64,000 nucleotides of DNA. Origin: Candidatus Latescibacterota bacterium. Its GTDB lineage: Bacteria > Latescibacterota > CBDEFO01. Every line of letters starts with the position of its first letter. Within the stretch, counting starts at the first letter, position 1. The stretch lies in the NCBI GenBank assembly GCA_965237525.1, contig CBDEFO010000008.1, positions 672,001 to 736,000 of the forward strand, read 5' to 3'. This document shows, piece after piece, positions 21,250 to 31,577 of the stretch. The notes below the pieces were generated by a model. That model was not told the origin of the DNA, searched no databases, and saw only the letters and a program-made list of their open reading frames with translations. The position numbers and the translations under genes were made by a program.

Positions 21250-22935
21250 CTAAGCCCTAAACAGTTCTCCCATCCTTCGACCTAGAAATCTCCCCGCTAA
21301 AAATAGGCTCAAAGACAAAAGGATCATCCCCAACATCCCCATAGCGCTGGCTATATACTGCCCGTCTGAGATGCGCGCCAGTAGATGGTAGATTGCTTTG
21401 GTAATGGGATAGTACTGCTCCTTAAACGCCAGAATAAGGCTGTCGCTGACCTCCAACATCGCAAATGAAAAGCACAATACCATTCCCGCAACTAAATTTG
21501 CCAAGATCAGTGGGAAGGTTATCTTTATAAAAGTTCTAAAAGGACCTGCTCCCATATTCAGCGATGCCTCCTCGAGAGTTATGCTCGTCTGCTGAAATCC
21601 CGCATAGGCGGACCTAACCATGAATGGAAGTCTCCTTACAGCATAGCTTATAACCAAAAGGGGCATAGGATTTTGCCTTGCGTCCAAGAATGTGCCTGAA
21701 AACGATGCTAAGTATCCGAAAGCTAAAACCAGGCCCGGAAGTGCCAGTGGCAGCATGGATACGGAATCCAAGACGTTCTTGAAGGGAATATTCTTTCGCG
21801 ACAGAAGATAAGCTATGCTTATGCCAAGCACTATATCCACAACTGTGCTCATGATGCTCAAAAGGAAGCTGTTCTTCACACTAAGCAAAGCCAATTTGTG
21901 TGTGAACACGCTCTTGTAATGCATTAAGGTCGTCTCCTCAGGCAGGATGGTCATAAACCATCTGTCGGAAATAGAGGTCAAAAAGATGCTTATGTGAGGA
22001 ATAAGAGCCACAAAGGTTATCATCAGCATCACTGCATATATAAAGAGTGTCGTCGAAATGGACGCCCTTTTTGCTCCGGAGACTACATGCCCTCTAGCTA
22101 CCATCTCGTAGCGCCCGCTCCCAAGAAACACCTTGGACAAAAGGAAGAATATCACCGTCACTGCTATGACGATGACCACCATAGCGTACCCCATCGGATT
22201 TTCGTGTATGTCCGAGACCATATTGAATATCTGGACGGGGATGACTCTTTGATACTCAAATATAAGTGGCGTTCCAAGGTCTGTAAAGGCCCAGATAAAG
22301 ACTATTATCGCTCCGGCAAAGTACCCAGGGAGCATCAATGGAAATGTGATGGATCGAAAGAGCTTAAACCCGGAAGCGCCTACGTTCCTTGCTGCCTCCT
22401 CCAGACTCGGATCTATATTGGCTAAAGCCGCTGCCACATTCAGATACATAATAGGATAAAGATGCAGTACCTCTATGATCACAACTCCCGAAAATCCGCC
22501 GCCGCCGAACCAGTCTATCGGAGAATCTATAAGTCCTGTCTTGAACAGCAAAAGATTGATAGATCCGAATCGGGAAAACATCTGTTTCATTCCTATAGCT
22601 CCCACAAAAGGGGGCAAAACTAAAGGAACTAAAATAAGTCCATTTAAAAGGTCTTTGCCTTTGAAATGGTACTTTACCAGTATAAACGCCATAGGCAGGC
22701 TAAGTAAAGTCGTAGCGATGGTGACTGCTATTCCCAGATTTACACTATTTATTATAGCTTCTCTAAAAATCGGGTTGACAAATATAAGTTTGATGAACGC
22801 TAAAGTGAAGCTACCGTCTGAATAGAAGGTATTTTTGAAGACGTACGACAGGGGATAAAGCAGAAATAAAACAAAAAAGATCGTCAGGATAACAAGGAAA
22901 CTGACGGTCTTTATATCTAAATCGTATCTTTTCAT
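21250..22935 (-). CDS. Fe3+/thiamine-type ABC permease (two-domain, FbpB-like)
   Basis: Two EAA loops (LEEAARNVGA, LEEASLNMGA). Many TM segments. Confidence 0.88.
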   Translation of the reverse strand: MKRYDLDIKTVSFLVILTIFFVLFLLYPLSYVFKNTFYSDGSFTLAFIKLIFVNPIFREAIINSVNLGIAVTIATTLLSLPMAFILVKYHFKGKDLLNGLILVPLVLPPFVGAIGMKQMFSRFGSINLLLFKTGLIDSPIDWFGGGGFSGVVIIEVLHLYPIMYLNVAAALANIDPSLEEAARNVGASGFKLFRSITFPLMLPGYFAGAIIVFIWAFTDLGTPLIFEYQRVIPVQIFNMVSDIHENPMGYAMVVIVIAVTVIFFLLSKVFLGSGRYEMVARGHVVSGAKRASISTTLFIYAVMLMITFVALIPHISIFLTSISDRWFMTILPEETTLMHYKSVFTHKLALLSVKNSFLLSIMSTVVDIVLGISIAYLLSRKNIPFKNVLDSVSMLPLALPGLVLAFGYLASFSGTFLDARQNPMPLLVISYAVRRLPFMVRSAYAGFQQTSITLEEASLNMGAGPFRTFIKITFPLILANLVAGMVLCFSFAMLEVSDSLILAFKEQYYPITKAIYHLLARISDGQYIASAMGMLGMILLSLSLFLAGRFLGRRMGELFRA

Positions 22936-22936
22936 A

Positions 22937-24046
22937 CTATTCCTTCAATATTATTACATCCTTCGGATCGAAAGATAAGTTCGCGTTTTGACCTGATAGA
23001 GCTTTTTGTTCGGCGGGCTTGTGCTCTACAGCCTTCAACAAAGTTCCGTCATTGAGCCTCACAAAATACTGCTCGTTGTCGCCCATGTACAAAACGCTTT
23101 CCACCTTGCCCGAAAGCTTGTTCGGGGTGGCAGATCCATTTACGTCTGATTCTGCTCTGTCTCCCGATACCACGATGAGTTCCGGTCGGATGGAACAGGT
23201 CACTTCCTCTCCTATCTCCGAGCAAATTTCATTGTGTATAGAAGAAACTATTTTACCGACAGTGGTATCCACAAAGATTCCCTGCTGTGGTCCGGGAGCA
23301 GACGTTCTCTGCGAGACCTTTCCCTTTATAAAGTTCGTCTCACCTATGAATCCAGCTACAAAGACGCTCTTTGGTCTTGCATAGATCTCTCTGGGAGGCG
23401 CCACCTGAACCACCTTCCCCATATCCATCACAGCCATCCTATCTGCCATACACAGCGCCTCAGTCTGATCGTGTGTGACATAGACCATGGTAACACCTAA
23501 TTCCTGATGGATGCGCTTTATCCTCTCCCTCATCTCTATCCTCAGTTTTGCGTCCAGATTGGAAAGCGGCTCGTCCATAAGCACAGCGTCAGGTTCTACC
23601 ACCAGCGCTCTTGCCAGGGCTACCCTTTGTTGTTGTCCTCCGGAAAGTTGATTCGGGGAGCGTTCTCTGTAACGCTCCATTTCGACTATCTCAAGCGCCC
23701 TTTGAACCCTCGTTTCCTTATTCGCCTTGGACACATCCCTCATATTGAGCCCGTACTCTACATTCTTGTAAACTGTCATATGGGGCCACAAAGCGTAGTT
23801 TTGAAAAACCATTCCTGTATTTCGCTTATGCGGCGGAACAGCGCTTATATCCCTGTTGTCAAACAGAATGCCTCCCTCGTCAGGGCTGTAAAATCCCGCA
23901 ATTATCCTGAGTATGGTCGTCTTGCCACAACCTGAAGGTCCCAAAAGGAAAAAGAGCTCTCCTTCTTCTATCGTCAGATCTACGTTGTCCACTGCTACGG
24001 TATCAGCGAATCGTTTTGTAACACCACGAAGACAGATGCTTACCAT
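22937..24046 (-). CDS. ABC ATP-binding protein (FbpC/PotA-like, TOBE)
   Basis: GPSGCGKT, VFQNYALWPH, LSGGQQQR, DEPLSNLD. Confidence 0.92.
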   Translation of the reverse strand: MVSICLRGVTKRFADTVAVDNVDLTIEEGELFFLLGPSGCGKTTILRIIAGFYSPDEGGILFDNRDISAVPPHKRNTGMVFQNYALWPHMTVYKNVEYGLNMRDVSKANKETRVQRALEIVEMERYRERSPNQLSGGQQQRVALARALVVEPDAVLMDEPLSNLDAKLRIEMRERIKRIHQELGVTMVYVTHDQTEALCMADRMAVMDMGKVVQVAPPREIYARPKSVFVAGFIGETNFIKGKVSQRTSAPGPQQGIFVDTTVGKIVSSIHNEICSEIGEEVTCSIRPELIVVSGDRAESDVNGSATPNKLSGKVESVLYMGDNEQYFVRLNDGTLLKAVEHKPAEQKALSGQNANLSFDPKDVIILKE

Positions 24047-24104
24047 TTACGCCTCTTTTACGCCGTTCAAATCCGTCAGACAGTAGCCCCCGATCTCCGA
24101 TAGT

Positions 24105-24125
24105 CCCCGATAGGTTCAATCGGGG
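24105..24125. repeat. REP-like palindrome, copy 3
   Basis: ccccgataggttcaatcgggg, followed by gtagacag. Confidence 0.75.
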
Positions 24126-24225
24126 GTAGACAGTGCATTCTTTCTTCCCCACTGCTGTCTATACAGCTATCCTCCACAATCAAAATATAACCAATATTGA
24201 GGGAATTTCCATCTATTTTTTTGCT

Positions 24226-24474
24226 TTATCCCCCTTTACCCTCTGTCTTTCCGTTGCCTCCTTCGCTTGATTCGACTTCGGCCTTTGGGGGCGTGCGCTT
24301 TATCACCCTATCTTTTAAGCCGGCAACAGTTTCCTTTGCCCTTAAAGCCGTGTTTTTGGCCCTATTGGAGACCAAAAAGAGGCTTACTCCTGCCCCGAAG
24401 AGGGATCCTATTACAAAGCCACAATAGAAATAGTTGCTTCTCTTGCTGTTTTTGTTACCGCATCGGAACAACAT
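24226..24474 (-). CDS. YtxH-like small membrane protein
   Basis: F..GF.IG.L.GA..L TM segment followed by a basic helix. RBS GGAGG. Confidence 0.6.
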   Translation of the reverse strand: MLFRCGNKNSKRSNYFYCGFVIGSLFGAGVSLFLVSNRAKNTALRAKETVAGLKDRVIKRTPPKAEVESSEGGNGKTEGKGG

Positions 24475-24528
24475 AAGTCACACCTCCTGGATAGAATACA
24501 TAGTAGACAGTGCGGGATAATATCTTGT

Positions 24529-25950
24529 CTACTGCACTTTGTGTAGTTTGAGCATGTTCGTTCCTCCGCGGGACGTGATAGGAGAGCCAGCGATGATAAC
24601 TATTACGTCTCCCCTTGCGACCGACCCGTCCTTAAGGAGTATCGATTCTACTTCTTGGACCATAGAGTCAGTCTCTATAGCCACGCCCATAGTCCTGGGG
24701 ATCACACCCCAATATAGGGAGAGCCTCCTTTGCACAGTTTCGTGGGGCGTAAAGGCTATTATCGGGGTGTGCGGACGTTCTTTGGAGATCGATCTTGCCG
24801 TGGACCCGGACTGAGTGAAAGCCACAATAGCCCTGGCTTTTAGCTCTTCAGCCGCGATGGACGCTGCCTCGCTTACCGCCTCTTCAAAGGTTACGTCTGT
24901 ATCCGTGGACCTTCGTCTGCGTCTGAATATAGGCTGAGCGAGGAGGCTCTCTTCTGCCTTTGCAATTATCCTGGACATCATCTTCAGAGACTCCACGGGA
25001 TAGGAACCGACCGCCGTTTCGCCCGAGAGCATAAGGGCATCCGTCCCGTCGAAGATGGCGTTAGCCACGTCTGAAGCCTCTGCCCTTGTGGGACGGGGAT
25101 TTGCAGTCATAGATTCGAGCATCTGCGTCGCTGTGATCACGACAACGCCGCACAAGTTGGCTTTAGATATAACCTCCTTCTGCACTACAGGCACCTGTTC
25201 TGGCGACATCTCCACACCGAGGTCGCCCCTTGCTATCATCACGCCGTCTGCAACTTCTAATATCTCGTCCAGGTTCTCTATAGCCTCCGGTTTTTCTAAC
25301 TTGGCTATGGCCGGGATATCTGCACCCCTTTCATCCAATATCTTCTTTACGTCGGATACGTCCTGGGCTCTCCTTACGAACGAAATGCCAACATAGTCAA
25401 CTCCCTGATCTATTCCAAAGAGGAGATCTTCCCTGTCCTTCTCTGTGATCGATGGTATGTCCAGGTCAACTCCCGGCAGATTTATCCCCTTGTGATCCTT
25501 CAATATTCCGCCATTGACTACTTGGCAGATTATGTCCTGACCGTCCACATACTTTACCTCAAGCTCTATCATCCCGTCGTCTATAAGTATTGTATCGCCA
25601 TCCTTGACATCTTCTGGCATGCTTTTGTAACTTGTGGAGACGATTTTGGATGTTCCGGCTACGGGACGGCTCGTAATTACAAATTTATCTTTTGCCTTCA
25701 GGGTTGCCTGGCCTCCTCTGATCTTGCCCGCCCTGATCTTAGGGCCCTGAAGGTCCTGGAGGATAGCAATGTGCTTCCCAAGGGTTTTTGAGGCCCTCCT
25801 GATCTTGCGGATAGACTCCTTGTGGTCGTTCCTTTCTCCGTGGGACAAGTTGATCCGCGCTACATCCATCCCCTCTTCTATCATGCGCTCTAACGTGTCC
25901 TGTGAGCAAGTGGACGGCCCCATAGTGCATATTATCTTTGCTCTTCTCAT
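24529..25950 (-). CDS. pyk: Pyruvate kinase
   Basis: KIICTMGP, DLQGPKIR, IARGDLGVE, ATQMLESM, MLSGETA. Confidence 0.98.
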   Translation of the reverse strand: MRRAKIICTMGPSTCSQDTLERMIEEGMDVARINLSHGERNDHKESIRKIRRASKTLGKHIAILQDLQGPKIRAGKIRGGQATLKAKDKFVITSRPVAGTSKIVSTSYKSMPEDVKDGDTILIDDGMIELEVKYVDGQDIICQVVNGGILKDHKGINLPGVDLDIPSITEKDREDLLFGIDQGVDYVGISFVRRAQDVSDVKKILDERGADIPAIAKLEKPEAIENLDEILEVADGVMIARGDLGVEMSPEQVPVVQKEVISKANLCGVVVITATQMLESMTANPRPTRAEASDVANAIFDGTDALMLSGETAVGSYPVESLKMMSRIIAKAEESLLAQPIFRRRRRSTDTDVTFEEAVSEAASIAAEELKARAIVAFTQSGSTARSISKERPHTPIIAFTPHETVQRRLSLYWGVIPRTMGVAIETDSMVQEVESILLKDGSVARGDVIVIIAGSPITSRGGTNMLKLHKVQ

Positions 25951-26063
25951 AGTAAGAATTGACTATCCTTTATGTATGGCCTTCTTCCGGCTTTCCTGCG
26001 TTAAATTGTATTGACTAATTCTTCAGAAATTATTATTATAGACCACAAGTATGGTAGACAGAT

Positions 26064-26084
26064 CCCCGATAGCTTCAATCGGGG
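26064..26084. repeat. REP-like palindrome, copy 4
   Basis: ccccgatagcttcaatcgggg, preceded by gtagacagat. Confidence 0.75.
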
Positions 26085-26254
26085 GCACGGGCATTTCTCT
26101 CATCCCTGTGTAGTTCTACTTAAAATAATCTATTGTCATTGGTATGTCAACAAGGGAAACGTACTTTTTAGAGAAGCGCTCCGTCAAATTGCAGCACCAG
26201 ACGTAAGGAATTCTCCCTTCCATAGCCTTCAAAACGATACGATAAGGGGCGACA

Positions 26255-26568
26255 CAGTTAGGAGATTCTCCGATCTGAAAGTATTCCCGGTGCGCAACTG
26301 CGTGTCTGTTCAGATCGAGACATCAGATGGGAGTTACCGAATCGGCGAGGCGTCGCTTGGCGGACAGAATATGGCAGTTGTGGATACACTGCGCAATCAC
26401 CTGAAGCCTTTACTTATAGGAAAGGATGCAAAGTGGATCGAGCACATCTGTCAGGACATCTTCCGGGGACGTTGTGGCGCGGGGTACCGCTGCTACAGAG
26501 CGCCGTGCCGGCATGAGGATACTGCTGGTAATACTCCTTCTACCAGTATAGCTATAACTTCCCACTGA
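26255..26568 (+). pseudogene. Relic N-terminus of mandelate racemase/galactonate dehydratase family
   Basis: VQIETSDG...GEASLGG...HLKPLLIGKD...IEHICQDIFRG, then degenerates. Confidence 0.6.
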
Positions 26569-26649
26569 TGAACTGGAGCACCAACATGGAACGAAAATGA
26601 GCTTCTTTTCGGAAGATAAAAAGGATCATAAGACCGGGGAGGTAAGATA

Positions 26650-27135
26650 ATGGAGGATAAGGGATCCAAGGAAAGGTTTCTCTATCTGGTTCAGCACGGC
26701 GAGGCGAAGACCGGGGAGGAAGATCCGGAGCGTCCTCTTACGGAGCGGGGAAAAGAGACGGCGGAGCAGGTGGCGGCGTGGGCGGCTAGTACCGGTCTGA
26801 AAGTGGACCAGATCCGTCATAGCGGGAAACGCCGCGCCGAAGAGACAGCCTTCATCTTTGCTGAGCATCTTGAGGTGCCACAAGGCGCAAAGGCGGTCTC
26901 GGGTTTGGCTCCAAATGATGATGTCCATCCGGTGGCAGAAGCCCTGGAGCGGGAAACTGGCTCAGTGATGCTCGTCGGACACCTGCCCTTTTTGAACCGG
27001 CTGGCCGGTAGTCTGCTCGTCAACGATCCCGATCGCGCACTCATCCGCTTTTACATGGGCGGGTTAGTTTGCTTGGTCCGGCAGGAAAAGAAGTGGGCTG
27101 TGGCTTGTCTCATCCCGCCGGATTCTGTTTCCTAA
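26650..27135 (+). CDS. sixA: Phosphohistidine phosphatase SixA
   Basis: LYLVQHGEA, RPLT, HSGKRRAEETA, LVGHLP. Confidence 0.92.
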   Translation: MEDKGSKERFLYLVQHGEAKTGEEDPERPLTERGKETAEQVAAWAASTGLKVDQIRHSGKRRAEETAFIFAEHLEVPQGAKAVSGLAPNDDVHPVAEALERETGSVMLVGHLPFLNRLAGSLLVNDPDRALIRFYMGGLVCLVRQEKKWAVACLIPPDSVS

Positions 27136-27263
27136 ACGCTTCCAACTGGCCCTAGGCGTGCTTGCACGCGGATAGGTTCTAGATCACCCTTAACTCCTAC
27201 GCAACCTGAGCGTCAGGCTCCTGCTGCGTGCTGTGAGTATTGCCGCGCGGGTCGTGATTTTAC

Positions 27264-27292
27264 TTGATTCCTACATGTTAGATGAGTATATT
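27264..27292 (+). promoter_or_regulatory. Promoter of the molybdoenzyme operon
   Basis: TTGATT-N17-TATATT. Confidence 0.55.
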
Positions 27293-27356
27293 ATCCGATG
27301 TACTCTAAGTAAATGTCCGTGTATGAAGGAAATCCGAAAAGGAGGTTCGAAGGACT

Positions 27357-27995
27357 TTGGAAGATCATAACGATGAAGGATCAGCGGCATCCCCGACAAA
27401 CATATCGAGGCGGAAGTTCCTTAAGGGCAGCGTTGCCACTACTGCAGCCGTCTCTGTGGGCACTTTTGTCTCTGAGAGAGCCGCGGCCCGGACCCATGGG
27501 CTTAAGGTCGAGGGCCCGGGGAAAGTGCCCGTACGGCTGAGTGTAAACGGAGTAGAGCATAGGATCAGCGCCGAGCCGCGCCTGACCTTAGCAGACGCTA
27601 TAAGGGACGAGCTTGGACTCACAGGTACCAAGATTATCTGCGATCGCGGCGAGTGCGGCGGATGTACGGTTCTGATGGATGGAATGCCAGTCTATTCCTG
27701 TATGATGCTTGCTATCGAATCTCAAGACAGACAGATCCTAACCGTTGAAGGTCTCTACAAGGGAGATCAACTGCATCCGGTACAGCAGGCTTTCATCGAG
27801 AAGGACGCCCTGATGTGCGGCTTTTGCACTCCGGGGTTTATTATGTCCGTCAAGGCGCTTTTAGACCAGAATCCAAATCCGACGTTGGAGGAGGTAAAAA
27901 GATCGGTATCTGGCAATCTGTGTCGCTGTGGAACCTATCCGAAGGTCTTTGAGGCTGCGCTGACGGCGTCAGACAACATGAAAAAGGGGGGCTGA
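27357..27995 (+). CDS. Tat-exported 2x[2Fe-2S] subunit of XDH-family aldehyde oxidoreductase (PaoA-like)
   Basis: SRRKFLK Tat motif, CDRGECGGC, CGFCTPG, CRC. Confidence 0.92.
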   Translation: MEDHNDEGSAASPTNISRRKFLKGSVATTAAVSVGTFVSERAAARTHGLKVEGPGKVPVRLSVNGVEHRISAEPRLTLADAIRDELGLTGTKIICDRGECGGCTVLMDGMPVYSCMMLAIESQDRQILTVEGLYKGDQLHPVQQAFIEKDALMCGFCTPGFIMSVKALLDQNPNPTLEEVKRSVSGNLCRCGTYPKVFEAALTASDNMKKGG

Positions 27996-27999
27996 AGCT

Positions 28000-30099
28000 A
28001 TGGCAGGCTGGGAAAAGGACGGAGGACTGAGCGTAATTGGTCGCAGGCTTCAGCGCGTAGATGGCGCGGATAAGGTGACGGGACGTGCAAAATATACCTA
28101 CGACATCAGCCTTCCGGGCATGCTCTACGGAAAGATCTTGCGGTGTCCCTACCCTCAAGCCCGCCTTCTGAGGATAGATGCAAGCAGGGCGAAGCGTCAC
28201 CCCGGAGTCCAAGCCGTCTTAACCGATTTAGCTTCCGACCGGACGCTCCGGTTTGGAGGAGAAGAAGTAGCAGCAGTCGCAGCAATAAGCGAGGATGTAG
28301 CTGAGGACGCCTTGGAACTTATCCAGGTGGAATACGAGGAATTGCCCTTTGTCGTAAACGTAGAGGAGGCTATGCAGCCGGATTCCCCGAAGGTTTATGA
28401 AAGTGGCAACGTCAGAAAGGGGCGCGTCAATGAGCGGGGGGACCTGGACAGGGGATTTGGGGAGGCCGACGTCATCGTGGAAGGGACCTATAAAACGCAG
28501 GTTCAGACGCATACTTGCTTGGAGACTCACGGCGTGGTGGCAAAATGGGAGGAAGATGAGTTGACGGTGTGGGCGTCGACCCAGGCCCTGTTCGGCGTCA
28601 GGAATCAAATAGCCAGCCATTTTGGGATTCCCGCGAGTAAGGTAAGGGTGATAACAGAGCACATGGGGGGCGGCTTCGGAAGTAAGCTTGGCGCAGGAAG
28701 CTGGAGTATTGTCGCTGTGAGACTAGCCAAAGAGTCCAAAGCGCCTGTCAAGCTTATGCTCAGCCGGAAGGAGGATTTCCTGTATACGGGTAACCGTCCC
28801 TCATCGGTGCAGTATATTAAGGCCGGGGCAAAAAGAGACGGTACTCTTACCGCTTTCCAGCTCAGGTCATACGGCACCGGTGGGATCGGAGGAGGAGCAG
28901 GATTTCCGGCTCCCTACATCTATAGCGTGCCCAATTTCAAAGTAGAGCAGTCCGATGTCTTCATCAACGCCGGTCCGTCTGCGGCGATGCGGGCGCCCGG
29001 ACACCCGCAGGCCTCCTTCGGTATGGAATCGGTGATGGATGAGCTCGCCCAAAAGATAGAGATGGACCCCCTGGAGTTCAGAAGAAAGAATGACCCTAGT
29101 GGGACGAGGCAGAAGGAGTATACAGTAGGAGCGGAGAAGATAGGTTGGGTGAGGCGCAAAAAATCCGGCTCGGAGATGGGCCGGAAAAGGCGCGGGGTCG
29201 GCATGGGCAGCGGGACGTGGGGAGGAGGAGGAGGCGCTGGCACTCAGGCGAGGGTAACGATCCATCCGGACGGCAGCACGGATGTGACTACCGGAAGTCA
29301 GGATTTAGGCACAGGAACGTGGACTGTGGTAGCCGCGGTCGCCGCCGAGGAGTTGGGGCTTCAGATCGAAGACATCAAGGTGTATATCGGTGACACAGTC
29401 TACCAACTCCCCTCAGGAGGAAGCGGCGGAAGCACCACCGCAGCGTCGGTCGCCCCTGCAGTCAAAACTGCAGCGGCCAGTGCAAAAGGGGAACTGTTCC
29501 AGATAGCTGCACCGCTTTTGGGAGCTCAACCTGAGGAATTAGAAGCCAGAGATGGGAATATCTATATCAAAAGCGATCCGTCCCAAAGCATCTCCTGGAA
29601 GCGGGCGACAGCGCAGTTGGGAACGGATGTGATCTCAGTTCAGGGAGGTTGGACGAGCGGACTTTCAAGCAGCGGAGTTGCAGGCACTCAGTTCGCTGAG
29701 GTGGAGGTGGATACAGAGACGGGACAGGTAAAGGTCATAAAAGTAGTGGCCGTCCAGGACTTCGGCCTTGTCGTCAATCGTCTTGCGGCTGAGAGTCAGA
29801 TAAATGGCGGTGTGGTTCAGGGCTTGAGCTACGCCCTCTTGGAGGATCGCATTTTGGATGGTCCTACAGGACTTATGGTCAATCCTAATCTTGAAGCTTA
29901 TAAAATTGCAGGCTCGATGGAGATGCCTGAAATTGAGCCGATCATATTCGACGAGTCGGAACGGGGCGTAATAGGATTGGGTGAGCCGCCCGTAATCCCG
30001 ACTGCAGGAGCCATCGCCAACGCCGTCGCCAACGCCATCGGCGTGCGCATCCGGGAGCTTCCCATCACGCCTGACAAGGTGCTTGCGGCGCTTTCCTAA
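28000..30099 (+). CDS. Molybdopterin-binding subunit, XDH family (PaoC-like)
   Basis: GGGFGSK, AMRAPG, QDLGTG, SGGS, GLGEPP catalytic Glu. Confidence 0.93.
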   Translation: MAGWEKDGGLSVIGRRLQRVDGADKVTGRAKYTYDISLPGMLYGKILRCPYPQARLLRIDASRAKRHPGVQAVLTDLASDRTLRFGGEEVAAVAAISEDVAEDALELIQVEYEELPFVVNVEEAMQPDSPKVYESGNVRKGRVNERGDLDRGFGEADVIVEGTYKTQVQTHTCLETHGVVAKWEEDELTVWASTQALFGVRNQIASHFGIPASKVRVITEHMGGGFGSKLGAGSWSIVAVRLAKESKAPVKLMLSRKEDFLYTGNRPSSVQYIKAGAKRDGTLTAFQLRSYGTGGIGGGAGFPAPYIYSVPNFKVEQSDVFINAGPSAAMRAPGHPQASFGMESVMDELAQKIEMDPLEFRRKNDPSGTRQKEYTVGAEKIGWVRRKKSGSEMGRKRRGVGMGSGTWGGGGGAGTQARVTIHPDGSTDVTTGSQDLGTGTWTVVAAVAAEELGLQIEDIKVYIGDTVYQLPSGGSGGSTTAASVAPAVKTAAASAKGELFQIAAPLLGAQPEELEARDGNIYIKSDPSQSISWKRATAQLGTDVISVQGGWTSGLSSSGVAGTQFAEVEVDTETGQVKVIKVVAVQDFGLVVNRLAAESQINGGVVQGLSYALLEDRILDGPTGLMVNPNLEAYKIAGSMEMPEIEPIIFDESERGVIGLGEPPVIPTAGAIANAVANAIGVRIRELPITPDKVLAALS

Positions 30100-30117
30100 G
30101 CGGAGGAGGGATAGACG

Positions 30118-31110
30118 ATGAGACCATTCGAATATGCAAGTCCGTCGAATCTAAAGGAAGCTATCTCTGCGCTGGATGAAGGATGGGAGGGGGCGATGTT
30201 GATCGCAGGAGGAACCGATCTTATAGGTGAGATGAAGGAACGCGTCATCAGCCCGAAGCGTCTGGTAAATCTCAAATCGGCCGCTGGTCTAAAGTATATA
30301 GAGCACTATGGTGGGGGACTTAAGATAGGAGCTTTAACCACCATCAGCCAGATCGAAGCTGATCCGACAATTCAGGACAGATTCGCCGTACTATCTAACG
30401 CTGCCGGGTCTATAGCCACCTTGCAGATTCGTAATGTTGCGACTTTAGGCGGTAATCTGTGTCAAAGGCCCAGGTGCTGGTACTACCGCAGTACTGACTT
30501 TCCCTGTCTGAAAAAGGGAGGCGATATCTGTTACGCCATAGAGGGAGAGAACAAGTATCACGCCATCTTAGGTGTGGAGCCGGACGTCTATACATGTCAC
30601 ATCGTTCATCCCTCGGATATGGCTCCTGCCCTTGTGGCTTTAGGGGCAAGCGCCAAGATCGAAGGGAGGCAAGGTTCCAGGATAATCTCTTTGGAAGATT
30701 TCTTCACGATGCCCGATGGCGAAATATTCCGGGAGAACGTGCTTAAGCCCGGGGAGATTCTCACCGAGATCGGAGTCCCGAATCCGAAGCCGAACACCAG
30801 AAGCCTCTACCTTAAGCTCCAGGAAAAGGGCTCGATGGATTTTGCTCTTGTGAGCGTAGCAGTCGTCCTTACTCTTGAAGGGAAAGTCTGTCGGGATGTC
30901 CGCATCGTCTTCGGCGGAGTGGCGGAAAGGCCCTTCAGGTCCGAAGAGGCCGAGAATGCCTTAAGGGGGAAGACGATAGATGAGCCACTTGCCCTTAAGG
31001 CGGCAGAGGCCGCCACCAAGTCCGCAGAGCCCTTGCGAGACAACGGCTACAAGGTGGACTTGGCCAAGGCAGCGCTTAGAAAGGCTATATTGTCGGCTTT
31101 GAAAGCTTGA
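30118..31110 (+). CDS. FAD-binding subunit, XDH family (PaoB/YagS-like with [4Fe-4S] insert)
   Basis: AGGTDL, QIRNVATLGGNLCQRPRCWYYR...C.KKGG..C...C..HPSD. Confidence 0.93.
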   Translation: MRPFEYASPSNLKEAISALDEGWEGAMLIAGGTDLIGEMKERVISPKRLVNLKSAAGLKYIEHYGGGLKIGALTTISQIEADPTIQDRFAVLSNAAGSIATLQIRNVATLGGNLCQRPRCWYYRSTDFPCLKKGGDICYAIEGENKYHAILGVEPDVYTCHIVHPSDMAPALVALGASAKIEGRQGSRIISLEDFFTMPDGEIFRENVLKPGEILTEIGVPNPKPNTRSLYLKLQEKGSMDFALVSVAVVLTLEGKVCRDVRIVFGGVAERPFRSEEAENALRGKTIDEPLALKAAEAATKSAEPLRDNGYKVDLAKAALRKAILSALKA

Positions 31111-31133
31111 TAGTGCCAAAGGAGGTAGCAATC

Positions 31134-31337
31134 GTGCCAGAAATATGTCAGCATCTCAGGACGAAGGCGTCATACGTTCCGGCAGAAAGGTCTCCCCTTT
31201 ATCTGACAAAGACGAGCCCTACGGCTCAGTATTGGTGTCTTAAGACAATGATGGTCGTCGGTCCTGACAACGACTTTGTGTGCCCGGAGGACTGCAAGCC
31301 AGACAGGGTATGCTTCGTATTGGGAGTTCAGACTTAA
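31134..31337 (+). CDS. Small Cys-rich hypothetical protein
   Basis: GGAGG RBS plus GTG start. Five Cys (CQHLRTK, YWCLKT, CPEDC, CF). Confidence 0.6.
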   Translation: MPEICQHLRTKASYVPAERSPLYLTKTSPTAQYWCLKTMMVVGPDNDFVCPEDCKPDRVCFVLGVQT

Positions 31338-31577
31338 GTTGAGCATCGTTTATGCCCTTCGGCACGCTCTGCGGAAGACGCTCTGAAATTTCTAATCCAT
31401 CCAGCCGTGGAGCAGACGCGTCGTGAGAGATCAATTTCGTCTCCATTGAAGTAGAGCGTTTAAATGCTTCAGACAATGCGATGTTTAAGACACATAGTCT
31501 CGATATAGATTTGTACTTATGCGGCTCGTTGCAGCGCGGAGAACGTGCCCCCCGCCCATCGTATCCGGACCAGCCCC

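Noticed and set aside
26011..26254. N-terminal part of the 185-aa ORF as real coding sequence
   Set aside because: Spans a REP palindrome and the probable divergent pyk promoter (TTGACA at 26145-26150, minus strand). Only the distal part resembles a protein family.
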